From the IMG/VR virus record IMGVR_UViG_3300030376_006415, positions 1 through 56,637 of that record: a stretch of 56,637 nucleotides of DNA, one strand, 5' to 3'. This DNA comes from a virus. Its lineage: Duplodnaviria; Caudoviricetes. A program made the position numbers and the translations under genes. The notes beneath the pieces are model-generated. The model was not told where the DNA came from, made no database searches, and saw only the letters and a list, made by a program, of their open reading frames with translations. Positions 38,111-48,434 of this stretch are shown here, in pieces (the stretch's first letter is position 1; every line of letters begins with the position of its first letter).

Positions 38111-38883
38111 ACTTCAACCCAAAATAATGTCATTAAATGTTCATCATCAGTATTTTGCATAGATTGTGTACTTGAAGAACACGCATGATAAGCAACAACA
38201 AGTTTTGCTCCAGTATCTTGATCGTCTAAAGTAAATTCTGGACTTCGAGTCCATATAACAGCATTGTTTGACACACTGCTAGTTTCAGAGTATATAAAAT
38301 TTTTGCCGCTAGCTTGAGATAAAACAGCATTATTATTTCCATCTGAAAGACTATTTTCTGAGAATATATTATAATCTGATGCTAAATCAAGACCATCTGC
38401 AGCTCCAGTTTTACTGCTTCCTGTAGAACCAAATCTATTAAATCTTCCTGATGTAGTCGTATTAGCTATATTAGTCCAGCTATAACCTGAAATATCCGAA
38501 ATAGTATCATTCCCTACTGTATTTGCACTAGCATATTGCCATGTATTACCTTCTTCTTCCATTCGAAAGTTCTGATCTAATGTAGTACCATTATTTGAGG
38601 CTATTTGAACCGCACCAATACAAACATCATTATTAAATGTAGGGCTAGCTGTAGCCTCAACTGCAATATATATTCTTCCTCTTCCTGCACTAGAAGGCAT
38701 TGGGGTAACATATACACTGAAATTAGTAGTATCATCTGCATTTACTGTAGTAGTAATTAGACTCATATCGCTCATCCAAAGACCAGCGTTAGTAGTCAGT
38801 TTTGATGTAACAGGGACGGAACGTATTTTCTTTCTCTTTTTAAGAGCCTTTTTACTTAGGTTTGCACCTACACCTAGCCTCAT
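38107..38883 (-). CDS. Beta-rich virion protein
   Basis: Shares the MRLGxG..SKKA N-terminus with the LamG protein. Confidence 0.55.
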   Translation of the reverse strand: MRLGVGANLSKKALKKRKKIRSVPVTSKLTTNAGLWMSDMSLITTTVNADDTTNFSVYVTPMPSSAGRGRIYIAVEATASPTFNNDVCIGAVQIASNNGTTLDQNFRMEEEGNTWQYASANTVGNDTISDISGYSWTNIANTTTSGRFNRFGSTGSSKTGAADGLDLASDYNIFSENSLSDGNNNAVLSQASGKNFIYSETSSVSNNAVIWTRSPEFTLDDQDTGAKLVVAYHACSSSTQSMQNTDDEHLMTLFWVEV

Positions 38884-38886
38884 TGA

Positions 38887-39183
38887 TTATCCTTTATAGC
38901 AAATAGCTACTGGGCTAGTTCCAGCTACCGTAACCTTATCCCATCTTCCAAAAATAGTAACGCCTACATCAATAGAAGTTGCAGCTACATCTGGAAAATT
39001 AGGATCTCCCTTATCTCCTTCTAATGCCACAGTGATATCGGTAGCACCCCCACTTAGTATAGTAACAGCAATATATGTTACTGATGGATCTATAGTTCCA
39101 GTATTTCCTGTAATAACTTTATATCCTGCTTGTCCTAATCCTGCGTTTTGTGCTTCTTGTACTGTATATTTCTGTAATGACAT
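38887..39183 (-). CDS. Small structural protein
   Basis: GGAGG RBS; beta-rich. Confidence 0.6.
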   Translation of the reverse strand: MSLQKYTVQEAQNAGLGQAGYKVITGNTGTIDPSVTYIAVTILSGGATDITVALEGDKGDPNFPDVAATSIDVGVTIFGRWDKVTVAGTSPVAICYKG

Positions 39184-39234
39184 GTTTACCTCCTGCCCTA
39201 AGCAATGTCAATGCGTGAATGGGCTTGTTTGTTG

Positions 39235-39927
39235 TTATCGTATTGCGTTTAGTCCAGGTGAAATATTCCTAGAACCACTAATCTTGCTACTATTATCTTG
39301 CTCTACCATTTTATGAAATTGAGCCATAAAGTAGTCTCTTTGCTTAAAATCTTTTTGGTCCTCTGCCATTCTTGCTTTAACATAATAAACTAATGCTAGT
39401 CCTTGATAGGAATTAACTGGTATAATGCTTTCTTCATCATCTAATGCATCTATATCATAATATGAAACCACATTTGTTTCTGCATACACTCCATCAACTG
39501 CCTTAGCACGTGTTTTAGTTTTAGTTGTAATTGCGGTATAACTACCATGTGAAGAACTGGCCACTTCATGTATACCACTAAACTTCTCAGAGTTACGTAC
39601 AAGAAATTTTTTACCAGCAGTATATGTACTGGTTAAATCACCGTGAGCTGATGCTGTTTGAAATTTCAATACACCATTGTCATCTAATTCTGAATATAAT
39701 GTATGCTTATTTGATGTTATATACTCCCATCCACCTTCATAGGTATACTCAACTTGCAGTCCATTTGTTACTGCTGCTAAGGGGCTTTTCCATACGCCTC
39801 CGCCAACTGGAAGATCCACTGAAGTACCTGCATTATAAAGACCATCTACATTTCCTGTATGATCCTTTTGAACAATAGCAATTTTATTGCCCCTTACGTA
39901 ATAAGCATATTCTTTAGCACTTGCCAT
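39235..39927 (-). CDS. Head-tail adaptor/ring-like protein (C-terminal part)
   Basis: C-terminal LALVYYVKARMAE..F helices. Confidence 0.45.
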   Translation of the reverse strand: MASAKEYAYYVRGNKIAIVQKDHTGNVDGLYNAGTSVDLPVGGGVWKSPLAAVTNGLQVEYTYEGGWEYITSNKHTLYSELDDNGVLKFQTASAHGDLTSTYTAGKKFLVRNSEKFSGIHEVASSSHGSYTAITTKTKTRAKAVDGVYAETNVVSYYDIDALDDEESIIPVNSYQGLALVYYVKARMAEDQKDFKQRDYFMAQFHKMVEQDNSSKISGSRNISPGLNAIR

Positions 39928-40208
39928 TAGTTATTATCCGCATCTGGAACAAGAGGCTTACCTACCATTCTAGGAATGCTTCTATATTCATCTTTAGTGT
40001 TTAAATGGTTCTTGACCCTAACATCTATAATTTTCACCATATCTCTAGGGAGATGATAGTATCTTTGATTTAAGGCTAAATCTATATTCTCTTCATTCAC
40101 ATTAACCTCAGAGATTCTATTTAACTCTTTCAATCCATCTTTTAAATATGCTAATATTAGACCTGTCCTAGTATCTCCAACTCTTTCCATTAATTCCTGA
40201 ACCTTCAT
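39927..40208 (-). CDS. Head-tail adaptor/ring-like protein (N-terminal part)
   Basis: MKVQEL..YLKDGL.EL..YHLPRDMVKI. Confidence 0.45.
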   Translation of the reverse strand: MKVQELMERVGDTRTGLILAYLKDGLKELNRISEVNVNEENIDLALNQRYYHLPRDMVKIIDVRVKNHLNTKDEYRSIPRMVGKPLVPDADNN

Positions 40209-42151
40209 TCAGATCTCCTTTCCTGAGCCTGCTCTCTTTGCTTATCCTGCCTGGACTGCATTTCAGCCTCAGTTCTAAAATAATCATTATATGATCCAGC
40301 TATCCAATCATATCTCTGTATATAGTCTTTCATCCTAGCCTGTATTCTTTGAGTCTTTACTTCAGCAGTAGCTTGATAAGCACTCAAGTATTGCTGTATT
40401 TTAGTCATTTGAGCATTAGCAAGATCTATATCTTCCTGTCTCTGTATCATATCTCCAGCAACCTGAAACCATCTTGTAACATCTAAATTTTGAGAGTCAA
40501 AGTCATAATCAACTGCACTCCAACTATTTACATTAAACTTAGTTAAATCTTGTGTACTTGTTGATTCAGCTTCTGCAAAACTATCATCACCATCATGATC
40601 TATCATAATATTAGGTATAGTATCTACATCTGATACTAATGCTGTAAATGCACTAATTAATACTTGCATAGCTGCATACTTAATAACTAGATGAACCTTA
40701 TCGTCTGGAAAAAACTGTATATCACTATCAGTTCTAACCAAAACTGTTAAATCATTTGCAACAGGGCTATTATTAACATAATATACCTGATATTTATTTC
40801 CAGTAGAATCATCAGTTATCGGGAATATTTTTATATTTCCCATTTCATCAAGTGTATATGCAGGACTATACTTAGATGCATAATATAAACTACTAGCATC
40901 TGTAATCCTTGATTGAAGTCCTATAGGAACAGTTCTGCATTCTCTCCAGTCTCCATTGGTCCCAGACTCTCTTTGAACTGATATTAAATTAGTAGAAGTT
41001 AATTGAGGAGAGAGATTTAATTCTTCTATAGTCACATCATCTATCAAAAATTCATCGCTATCAGATGGACTAGCAATATATATTCTTGCATTTCCATTAT
41101 TAGTAGTAGCTATAATATCAGCTTGATATGTATGAAGATTACCCTCATTATATGCTAATAAACCTGTCCCGCTACCGTTAGTTATATTAGTAGGAATTAC
41201 GGCTGTTCCACCTAGTTCAAATGTAATTGGCCCAGCATCAGCTGCAGCACCGAAACTTCTCATTTTTGCTGTCATTCTATATAAAGATCCAACAGTCCAA
41301 GGAGTACCACCTGTTGGGTATATATTAGTGGCTGGTAATTCTACCCCTTCATAAGTTCCATTTCCTCCAGGATCAACTTTTAAAGAATTACCTGTCCTAT
41401 CAGCATGAGTTGCTGTTATTGGTTTTAAACTAACATTATCTATTAAAACAGTAACATCTGTATTTGTATTAGCTATAATCCCAAGCCTTTCACAATTGGA
41501 ATCATATGTAAATTCTATTTCTTCCCCATAAACCCAGCCACTAGTAACCGCAGTATATCTATTGTAATCTTGAACTGCACCACCATCAGTCATAGTACCA
41601 ATATCAAGCCCTGAACCTGCTCCAGAATAACTAGTAATATTTATATCATATGTTAACCTAAATTGCCCTGAAGATCCATCTAAACCAGAAGCATCTCCTT
41701 CTAGCCATGCTGTCTGTTTATTAGCTCCATCAGCATCTGAATTTAAAGTTAAAACTCCATCAGTTGTTTCATCATAAGAATCCCAAGCATGATATGACCC
41801 AGTACCATTCGTCCAATTGCTCGCTCCTCCAAAGGTTCTGTCATTTGCAGCTGTTATTTTTTCTGTATCAGCAGCATCAGAAGACTCATATACAACCCAA
41901 TTATGAACTTCTTGTGAAAAGTCGCTATTTTGAATATATGTGCCTGCAGCAACCTTCTCTGTCCCAGATATACCAGATTCCCACTTTCTAGTAAAAGCAG
42001 TTCTGTCGCCAGGCCTTAAAGCTAGCCACTTATTAGTAACCTCTAATACTCCATCTACTAAAAACTGATCTAAATCAGTATTTATTGGAGTTGTAGCACC
42101 ACCTAATGTAATACCCGTTAATGCTTTTACTTGTGTTTCGAAATCTGCCAT
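40205..42151 (-). CDS. Tail adaptor-like protein with inserted carbohydrate-binding-like domains
   Basis: Helical ends around NSDF..W..IDNVSL/IDDVTI modules. Confidence 0.5.
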   Translation of the reverse strand: MADFETQVKALTGITLGGATTPINTDLDQFLVDGVLEVTNKWLALRPGDRTAFTRKWESGISGTEKVAAGTYIQNSDFSQEVHNWVVYESSDAADTEKITAANDRTFGGASNWTNGTGSYHAWDSYDETTDGVLTLNSDADGANKQTAWLEGDASGLDGSSGQFRLTYDINITSYSGAGSGLDIGTMTDGGAVQDYNRYTAVTSGWVYGEEIEFTYDSNCERLGIIANTNTDVTVLIDNVSLKPITATHADRTGNSLKVDPGGNGTYEGVELPATNIYPTGGTPWTVGSLYRMTAKMRSFGAAADAGPITFELGGTAVIPTNITNGSGTGLLAYNEGNLHTYQADIIATTNNGNARIYIASPSDSDEFLIDDVTIEELNLSPQLTSTNLISVQRESGTNGDWRECRTVPIGLQSRITDASSLYYASKYSPAYTLDEMGNIKIFPITDDSTGNKYQVYYVNNSPVANDLTVLVRTDSDIQFFPDDKVHLVIKYAAMQVLISAFTALVSDVDTIPNIMIDHDGDDSFAEAESTSTQDLTKFNVNSWSAVDYDFDSQNLDVTRWFQVAGDMIQRQEDIDLANAQMTKIQQYLSAYQATAEVKTQRIQARMKDYIQRYDWIAGSYNDYFRTEAEMQSRQDKQREQAQERRSE

Positions 42152-42162
42152 ACTATTCCTTT

Positions 42163-42216
42163 AATAAAACCTTCCCCCCCTCCTGGGGAGAGAATATCCC
42201 AAGGTGAGAGGGGGTC
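42163..42216 (-). terminator. Terminator after the capsid/decoration genes
   Basis: GC-rich imperfect hairpin followed by TTTTATT on the - strand. Confidence 0.55.
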
Positions 42217-42228
42217 GGTCTATTTGTT

Positions 42229-42627
42229 TTACGCCTCAGCGGCCCATATACCAGTTGAAGCAGTAACATACCAATCAGTACCATCTGAAACTAAGGTAAC
42301 AGCGTCACCTTTAATTGCAGTTCCTTTAGTATTAATTAGGTCTTTATTAGCAACTCCACCTAAGTCAACAACAGAACCAGCAAGGGTAATAGTACCCCAG
42401 ATAGAATCTGTTGCTTGAGGTGAAAGAGTAATAATATTGTTACCATCAGCACCCGTGTTTACAAATGTAAACTTGAGTCCTGCTTCACAAGCTGGCAGAG
42501 TAATTACTAAAGCATCAGTAGCTATAGTAAAAACCTTACCACTATCTCCGGCACTTAAGGTAGAGGAGGCTGTTATTGACTGAACATAATTTTCATTCCA
42601 TCCAGCCTTTGCACCTAACTTAGCCAT
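42229..42627 (-). CDS. Putative capsid decoration protein
   Basis: Directly after the capsid gene; paralogous to 42639-43130 (LSAGDSGK..LPA..GDAVTLVSDGTDWY). Confidence 0.55.
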   Translation of the reverse strand: MAKLGAKAGWNENYVQSITASSTLSAGDSGKVFTIATDALVITLPACEAGLKFTFVNTGADGNNIITLSPQATDSIWGTITLAGSVVDLGGVANKDLINTKGTAIKGDAVTLVSDGTDWYVTASTGIWAAEA

Positions 42628-42638
42628 CAGTTACCTCC

Positions 42639-43130
42639 TTAAGCTCTAGTTGCTGTGCCAGATACGAAGACAGCAGCAGTTGATGCAATATAATTTGCAT
42701 ACCAGTGCGTTCCATCACATATCAAACTAACGCTATCACCAGCTAGTTTAGTGCCATCAAACAGCAAGCTATCATTATCTACATCAGAAAGATGCACAAC
42801 ACCCGCATCATTACCTGCACCTATGATAAACTCAGTAGCAGCATCAGTAAAGATTTCCATGTCTTTTGTAGCTTCACTATTACTGCTAATATCAAGAGTC
42901 ATAGATACTTCAAACCCTTTACTCTTAGCAGCAGAAGGCAGCCTAAATGTAGCAGTAGTAGTGGAAATATCTACAAAGTATTTATTCCCAGCATCTGCTG
43001 CAGTAAGTACAACTGTTTCACCACCAGAGATTGCTGTACCATCAGCTCCAGCCTTAATAGATACTACACTTCCTGTTGAATTATCAACAGCATTGTCGAA
43101 CTTGTTTTGTCCATACATTGGATTAGCCAT
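42639..43130 (-). CDS. Putative capsid decoration protein
   Basis: AGGAGG RBS; LTAADAGN..LPSA..GDSVSLICDGTHWY. Confidence 0.55.
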   Translation of the reverse strand: MANPMYGQNKFDNAVDNSTGSVVSIKAGADGTAISGGETVVLTAADAGNKYFVDISTTTATFRLPSAAKSKGFEVSMTLDISSNSEATKDMEIFTDAATEFIIGAGNDAGVVHLSDVDNDSLLFDGTKLAGDSVSLICDGTHWYANYIASTAAVFVSGTATRA

Positions 43131-43141
43131 AATCAGACCTC

Positions 43142-44710
43142 CTAAGCTGTCCAGATAGCGTGGCATTCAGGCATTGACCATTCCATACCAGCTTCTGTTA
43201 GTATCATATCAACTCGACGGTCAATACCAGAGTTTTCGAGTGTTTGCACACCTACGTAAACTGAAGTATCTCTGTTGATACCGTTGCCCACTAGTGGACG
43301 ATATTTTGCGTAATTCATGTTGATTCCCAACATCTTAACAGGAGTACCATCTAAGTGAATATTACGTGCAACATTCATATCACCATAAGGTGTTGAGAAT
43401 GTAGTAATATCTACACCAAGTACTTTTTTCTTGCCAGACATAGCAAAATCTGCACGCATATTAGCAGAGATTTCAAGATTGTTCTTGAAGTATCCACCTA
43501 ATTTATGCATCCAGTTAAATACTTCTGTATTAACAAAGAAAACAGTTCCAGTACTGTTATTGTAGCGTGGATCAAGGTATGAAGACATATCATCTAAGAA
43601 ATCATCTGCAGTCTTAGTAGCAGTATTCAAAGAGAATTTATTACCGTTATTAGTAATAAAGTCTACAGCACCTTCAGTGTATTGTACACCATCACCATCA
43701 ACATATTGAGATCCAAATAACAAAGATTGCTCAATGTCATATTTGTGCTCAATAAGTTTTTCACGCCAGATACGAGACCATTCGTTTGATTCATACTTTA
43801 GAGAAGTTGCACGAGCAGTGTTAGTCATTGCCATTGCAGTTTTCCAAATTTGAGTCAAACCATAGCCAGTAGCATAAGGTTGGTCTTTCCATGTTTCAGG
43901 ATAACCAGTTCCTTCACCAAAGGCAGTTCCAACAACGAAAGAGCGAGCTCCTTCTAATGTGCCAGAAATGCTTTGATTGTATGCAGTAACTAAAGGCTCA
44001 TCACTAGCCCAGCCAGCAAGATAATTAGAACCGCCACCGGCTTTTACTAATTTAGTAACCTTGCCAACTATGAGTGAGGCCTCTCTGCCGTCTACAGTTG
44101 CATCATCTGCGCTTTCTACTTTAATTACCATGTAATCAGTTACAGAACCACCGCCATCAGTAGATGACATAGGAATCTTAACTAATTGGCCTTCAAAGAA
44201 GAAGCTGGGTCGTGTGCCAGCAGCACCAACCGCGATAGCATTGTTAGCTTGTCCATATACATTTTGGATATTACCTGATGATTCATAATCAGTTCCCATG
44301 TATACTTTGATAGTATCACCAAGCGACATAGCGTCTGGAGCACCACCATCATTAAATGCAACTAAATCAGCATCACCTGCGACACCACCATCATTAGAAG
44401 CACTTGAGTTATCTAACCATCCTGTTACGTATGCGTATCGTTTATGCCATGATCCTCTTTTTTCTGTATACTTAAAAGCGGGATCATCTGTTGGGCTTTT
44501 AGCTACCTTACTTGCGAATCGAAAAAATGGGTCTTGAGAGAGTGACAACTCAGAGACACGGTCACCGAAATTAAACTTTCTACGAAGTTTTCCAGTATCT
44601 AAATCCGGACCGTAACGTTCGTTTGCGTAATTGGTAGTATCTGCGACACCACCTAAACCAACGTCGCTCTGAATGTTCCCTATCGCACCATTACTGAATA
44701 TATCAGCCAT
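43142..44710 (-). CDS. Major capsid protein (HK97 fold)
   Basis: Follows the scaffold; TQIWKT, EHKYDIEQSLLFG, TPYG, TEAG.E patterns. Confidence 0.8.
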   Translation of the reverse strand: MADIFSNGAIGNIQSDVGLGGVADTTNYANERYGPDLDTGKLRRKFNFGDRVSELSLSQDPFFRFASKVAKSPTDDPAFKYTEKRGSWHKRYAYVTGWLDNSSASNDGGVAGDADLVAFNDGGAPDAMSLGDTIKVYMGTDYESSGNIQNVYGQANNAIAVGAAGTRPSFFFEGQLVKIPMSSTDGGGSVTDYMVIKVESADDATVDGREASLIVGKVTKLVKAGGGSNYLAGWASDEPLVTAYNQSISGTLEGARSFVVGTAFGEGTGYPETWKDQPYATGYGLTQIWKTAMAMTNTARATSLKYESNEWSRIWREKLIEHKYDIEQSLLFGSQYVDGDGVQYTEGAVDFITNNGNKFSLNTATKTADDFLDDMSSYLDPRYNNSTGTVFFVNTEVFNWMHKLGGYFKNNLEISANMRADFAMSGKKKVLGVDITTFSTPYGDMNVARNIHLDGTPVKMLGINMNYAKYRPLVGNGINRDTSVYVGVQTLENSGIDRRVDMILTEAGMEWSMPECHAIWTA

Positions 44711-44746
44711 GTTTTATACCTCCTAGGTATTAAGGGTTATCTTTGA

Positions 44747-45595
44747 CTAATTGCCAAAGAGATCATTCATATCCAGCCCTGAGCCCATTACGTCATCAAA
44801 TATTTCATCATCTGCTGACTTTTCAGCTCGGGGGCTATTAACACCGCTTACACTTGTAGGGATATCACGAACATTTTTCATTTGTTCCATCATATCCGTA
44901 CGTACATTCTTGGCCACTTGAGAGTTAGTCTGATCTCTATTCATTGTGTCATAAAGATCATCTAGTGATGGTTTACGATTCTTAAGATTATCCATGAAAT
45001 CAGAAAACTGTTCCTTGGTCAATCCTTTACGCTTAATGAAAGCTGCCATTTCAGCAACTCTTTGTTGCTTATCAGCAGCAATTTGGCGCTTTTTATCTTC
45101 GTTAGCCAATACTGTACCCATCTTTTGCTGTACAGCTCTATCGACATAAGTAGAAAATACTTTTCCAGAATCAGAATTGGGGTTATCCAAAGCTTCTTGC
45201 TGGTCATAGATGAAATCTTCATCTAATCCAAGTTGTTCCTTCACTGTCTTAGCAGGCTCACCACCATTCTCAAAGTAACCACGAACATGGTTTACAAGTC
45301 CACGGTCTTTTTTCATTGCATCTAGAATGGGTACAAACGGTTTGATCTCTTTCATTTCATCCCGCATCCTAACAGCCTCTCTGCTAGAATCCTTATACCT
45401 TTTCTCCCAATCAACTGTCTGAGCTTCGTTAGATTGTTGCAGGTTGTCCATTTCTGGGGCTGCTTCTTGTTGAAGTGTTGCCTCGTTTGTATGATTGTCG
45501 TCAAGAACGATGCCATTGACGTCTTTATCCAGATCGTTAAAGAACGAGTCTACAGAGGCCTTTCCAGGGTTATCTGTGTTATCTGGTGTATTCAT
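44747..45595 (-). CDS. Capsid scaffolding protein
   Basis: Acidic coiled coil, DWEKRYKD, between portal and capsid. Confidence 0.7.
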   Translation of the reverse strand: MNTPDNTDNPGKASVDSFFNDLDKDVNGIVLDDNHTNEATLQQEAAPEMDNLQQSNEAQTVDWEKRYKDSSREAVRMRDEMKEIKPFVPILDAMKKDRGLVNHVRGYFENGGEPAKTVKEQLGLDEDFIYDQQEALDNPNSDSGKVFSTYVDRAVQQKMGTVLANEDKKRQIAADKQQRVAEMAAFIKRKGLTKEQFSDFMDNLKNRKPSLDDLYDTMNRDQTNSQVAKNVRTDMMEQMKNVRDIPTSVSGVNSPRAEKSADDEIFDDVMGSGLDMNDLFGN

Positions 45596-45613
45596 TTCTA
45601 TACTCTCCTATAT

Positions 45614-45643
45614 AATTTATGATTTTTGTGTTGTTTTTTGCAA
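45614..45643 (-). promoter_or_regulatory. Candidate promoter for the scaffold/capsid genes
   Basis: TTGCAA-N18-TAAATT. Confidence 0.45.
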
Positions 45644-47941
45644 GTCTTTTTCTTTTTTGTTTTGCAAATCATTTATTACCTTGTTTAAATTGGTTTTGAA
45701 TTTCTCTTGTTCCGCATCAGAAACAACCTTCTCGGTTGCTCTTAATAACTTGTGTTGAGCTTGAGTTTCAAGTGCTTCTTTCTCAATCCCTACTTGAGCT
45801 TTTTGCTTAGATTTATTAACTTCTATCTCAGCCTTCATAACCTTATCTTTAATACCAGCCTGTACAACCTGCCTTTGTAGCGTCTCAATTGTACCATTGG
45901 CATTCTTTATCTCTTCTTCCATAGATTGCATCTTTCTTTGCATTTGAGCTAACATGCTCTTTCTTTGTACAATCTTCTCTTTATTCTTGATATCAGTCTC
46001 GGCTAATACTGCAACATCATCTACCACGCCTAATTGCATTAACTGCTTTAACTCTTCTAAGTATGCCCATCGATTAACTGGTAATGTTGATCCCTGAACA
46101 ATCCTTATATCAAACTTAGCAGTTGCATAATCGTTCCATTTGCCAACAGCCTCTCCCATATCATTATAGACTGGGATATTAATCTCTACATCCTTTTCAC
46201 CATTGACTTCTTCAGGTTGAACGACTCTAAAGACTTTATGCGCTGTATATACTGATTGAGTAAATTCTTTTACAACTTCACCAACTTGTTTTAATGCTGG
46301 TTCAACCGCATTTTTAAGCCATTGCTTGACTCTTCGAGTACCATACTCATCCATAGCAAGCATACCTCTGTATGTTTCATGCTGAGAGGAAGTATCTCCT
46401 TGCATAGCACCATATATACCAGCTAGATATTCCATATCTTGTTTACCCTCATTAACAATGCCAAAGAAAGCATTAGATAATGGAGCTGGTTGAACAGGCG
46501 TTGGAGGCACTGCTCCAGGTCTAATTGGAAGTAAGGCACCAGGAGAACTTGCATACTGCTCCCAATGATCTGTATCAATAGATCCTTCTTCATGCATCCA
46601 TCTTAATGATGAACCTAATGATGCATTATGAACCATTAACTGATGAGCTTTGTTTAACTCTCTCTGTTTCCCAATTAAAGGAGATACTGCAGAGATAGGA
46701 AATGGTGTACCTGTCCATTTAAAATGTATAGGAACTATAGGGTACTGTGTTATGTTGTGAGGCAATTTACTTGAATATAATGTCTTATCACCAACAACAC
46801 AAGTTAATTTAATTCTGCTTCTATTAAATGGAATCTGATCTACTAACATACTTGCAAATGTAGGATCTTTCATTAAGATTTTCATTTCTGCCTTTGTTAC
46901 GATCTTATTCTCAATTCTAGAGACCTCAGCTTGCAGGTTACTCATATACTCATTCTGAGCTGATGCTAATTGTTGTTGCATCATTTCCACAGCTTTTTGT
47001 TTTTCAAGTTCATATCTTTCTGGAAGCATCTGACCTTGCTGAACTGCAGCTTGCATTTGGGTATCTTGTTCTAAAAGCTGAACCTCTAATTCGGCTTGTA
47101 ATTCTTTCATTTTTACAGCAACTTGCTGTTTTATTTTTTGAATTTCTTCCTGAGATGGAGGAACTTTAAAGAAAATATTTACATAAGGGACCTGAACCTT
47201 TTCATATAGCTCAAAGAGTTCTAATAGTCTATCATCCTCTCCCTTACCAGGATCAACACTTTCTGACCCGCTAATATCTTTGTAAGAAAAATCTTTTTGA
47301 TCTCCACCACGAGACTTCTCACTATATACAAATTCCGTTTCTTGATCGCTATTAGCTGCGTTAATCTTTCTAATATGATCTGGATATAATTGCTTCAAGT
47401 GGCTAGCTGGCAATAATTTTCTTACCATAACAAATGCAGCATCTCTAAATAGTAAATCCCTAGACTTAGGATCCACATAAACATCAAATGGCTCTGGTTG
47501 TTTAATTACAACATCACCCATTCCATTATCAGAATCAGGATCAACGGTAACCATTAGATACCCTATAGACTTAGTAATTGCATCATTAACAGCGTTGCCA
47601 TATATAGTGCTTCCATCAGAAAGATTCCAAACATAATCTGCCATATCTGAAAAAACTGCAGCTACATCTGTATCATCCCCAGTAACACCTATTGCTTGCC
47701 ATCTAGGGCTTTTTGCAGTAGCGTAAAAATTTAACATCTCTACAACAGGCATAATCCTATTGATTGTAAATGTAGGCATTCCCTGCTCTTCAAGGGAAAT
47801 TCTTTCATTGTCAGAAAGCTGATTATCATTTGAAAAATCAAAACCTTTTTGGTTAATGTACTCCCACTGAGTCCTACTTCTAGTATTAACCCTATTAAAG
47901 ATTTTCCTTATTCTTTCGGCCTCTTTATCTATTCTTGGCAT
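45617..47941 (-). CDS. Portal protein (P22-like, long C-terminal coiled coil)
   Basis: TINRI.P.V, VYVDP, YPIVP, Q.ELNK motifs. Confidence 0.85.
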   Translation of the reverse strand: MPRIDKEAERIRKIFNRVNTRSRTQWEYINQKGFDFSNDNQLSDNERISLEEQGMPTFTINRIMPVVEMLNFYATAKSPRWQAIGVTGDDTDVAAVFSDMADYVWNLSDGSTIYGNAVNDAITKSIGYLMVTVDPDSDNGMGDVVIKQPEPFDVYVDPKSRDLLFRDAAFVMVRKLLPASHLKQLYPDHIRKINAANSDQETEFVYSEKSRGGDQKDFSYKDISGSESVDPGKGEDDRLLELFELYEKVQVPYVNIFFKVPPSQEEIQKIKQQVAVKMKELQAELEVQLLEQDTQMQAAVQQGQMLPERYELEKQKAVEMMQQQLASAQNEYMSNLQAEVSRIENKIVTKAEMKILMKDPTFASMLVDQIPFNRSRIKLTCVVGDKTLYSSKLPHNITQYPIVPIHFKWTGTPFPISAVSPLIGKQRELNKAHQLMVHNASLGSSLRWMHEEGSIDTDHWEQYASSPGALLPIRPGAVPPTPVQPAPLSNAFFGIVNEGKQDMEYLAGIYGAMQGDTSSQHETYRGMLAMDEYGTRRVKQWLKNAVEPALKQVGEVVKEFTQSVYTAHKVFRVVQPEEVNGEKDVEINIPVYNDMGEAVGKWNDYATAKFDIRIVQGSTLPVNRWAYLEELKQLMQLGVVDDVAVLAETDIKNKEKIVQRKSMLAQMQRKMQSMEEEIKNANGTIETLQRQVVQAGIKDKVMKAEIEVNKSKQKAQVGIEKEALETQAQHKLLRATEKVVSDAEQEKFKTNLNKVINDLQNKKEKDLQKTTQKS

Positions 47942-48033
47942 TTTCTTCTTCTTTCTTTTTAGCCGCTTCTCTTTCTTTAGCTTCTTTAGAAGTGCTAGGG
48001 TCTAAATCATTTAATCCAAATATACTTGCCATA

Positions 48034-48426
48034 CTATTTCCTTATCTCAAAGTGAGGAAAATCATCAAATTTATTATCCATTACCTGGAAGTCTTGGTCC
48101 CAATCTCCACCCCAGCGAAGGTTAATACCCATCCCACGAGCCACCCCAAGCACAAACCCAGCAAAAAGAGTTTGGCGCTCTCTGTCATCCCAGTCGACGG
48201 GGTAAGGTGTAACATCAACAGCGTTAGAAGGCATAGCATTATGGCGACCATCAGGGAAACGAACTTTGCTCTTCCCTTCGTCAGCCAATTTGTTTTGCCT
48301 TTCTTCACCTCGGTGTCCTTCCAATACTGAGCAATCAACATATTTAATTACTTCATTAAATACATCTTGCAGGTCTTTATTACATGTCGCAAGTCTTTCG
48401 CGACTACTTTTACCAAATTTCGGCAT
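48034..48426 (-). CDS. M15-family peptidase endolysin (L-Ala-D-Glu peptidase type)
   Basis: H.....AVD, RWGGDW, D.PHFE. Confidence 0.88.
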   Translation of the reverse strand: MPKFGKSSRERLATCNKDLQDVFNEVIKYVDCSVLEGHRGEERQNKLADEGKSKVRFPDGRHNAMPSNAVDVTPYPVDWDDRERQTLFAGFVLGVARGMGINLRWGGDWDQDFQVMDNKFDDFPHFEIRK

Positions 48427-48434
48427 ATCTTCTC

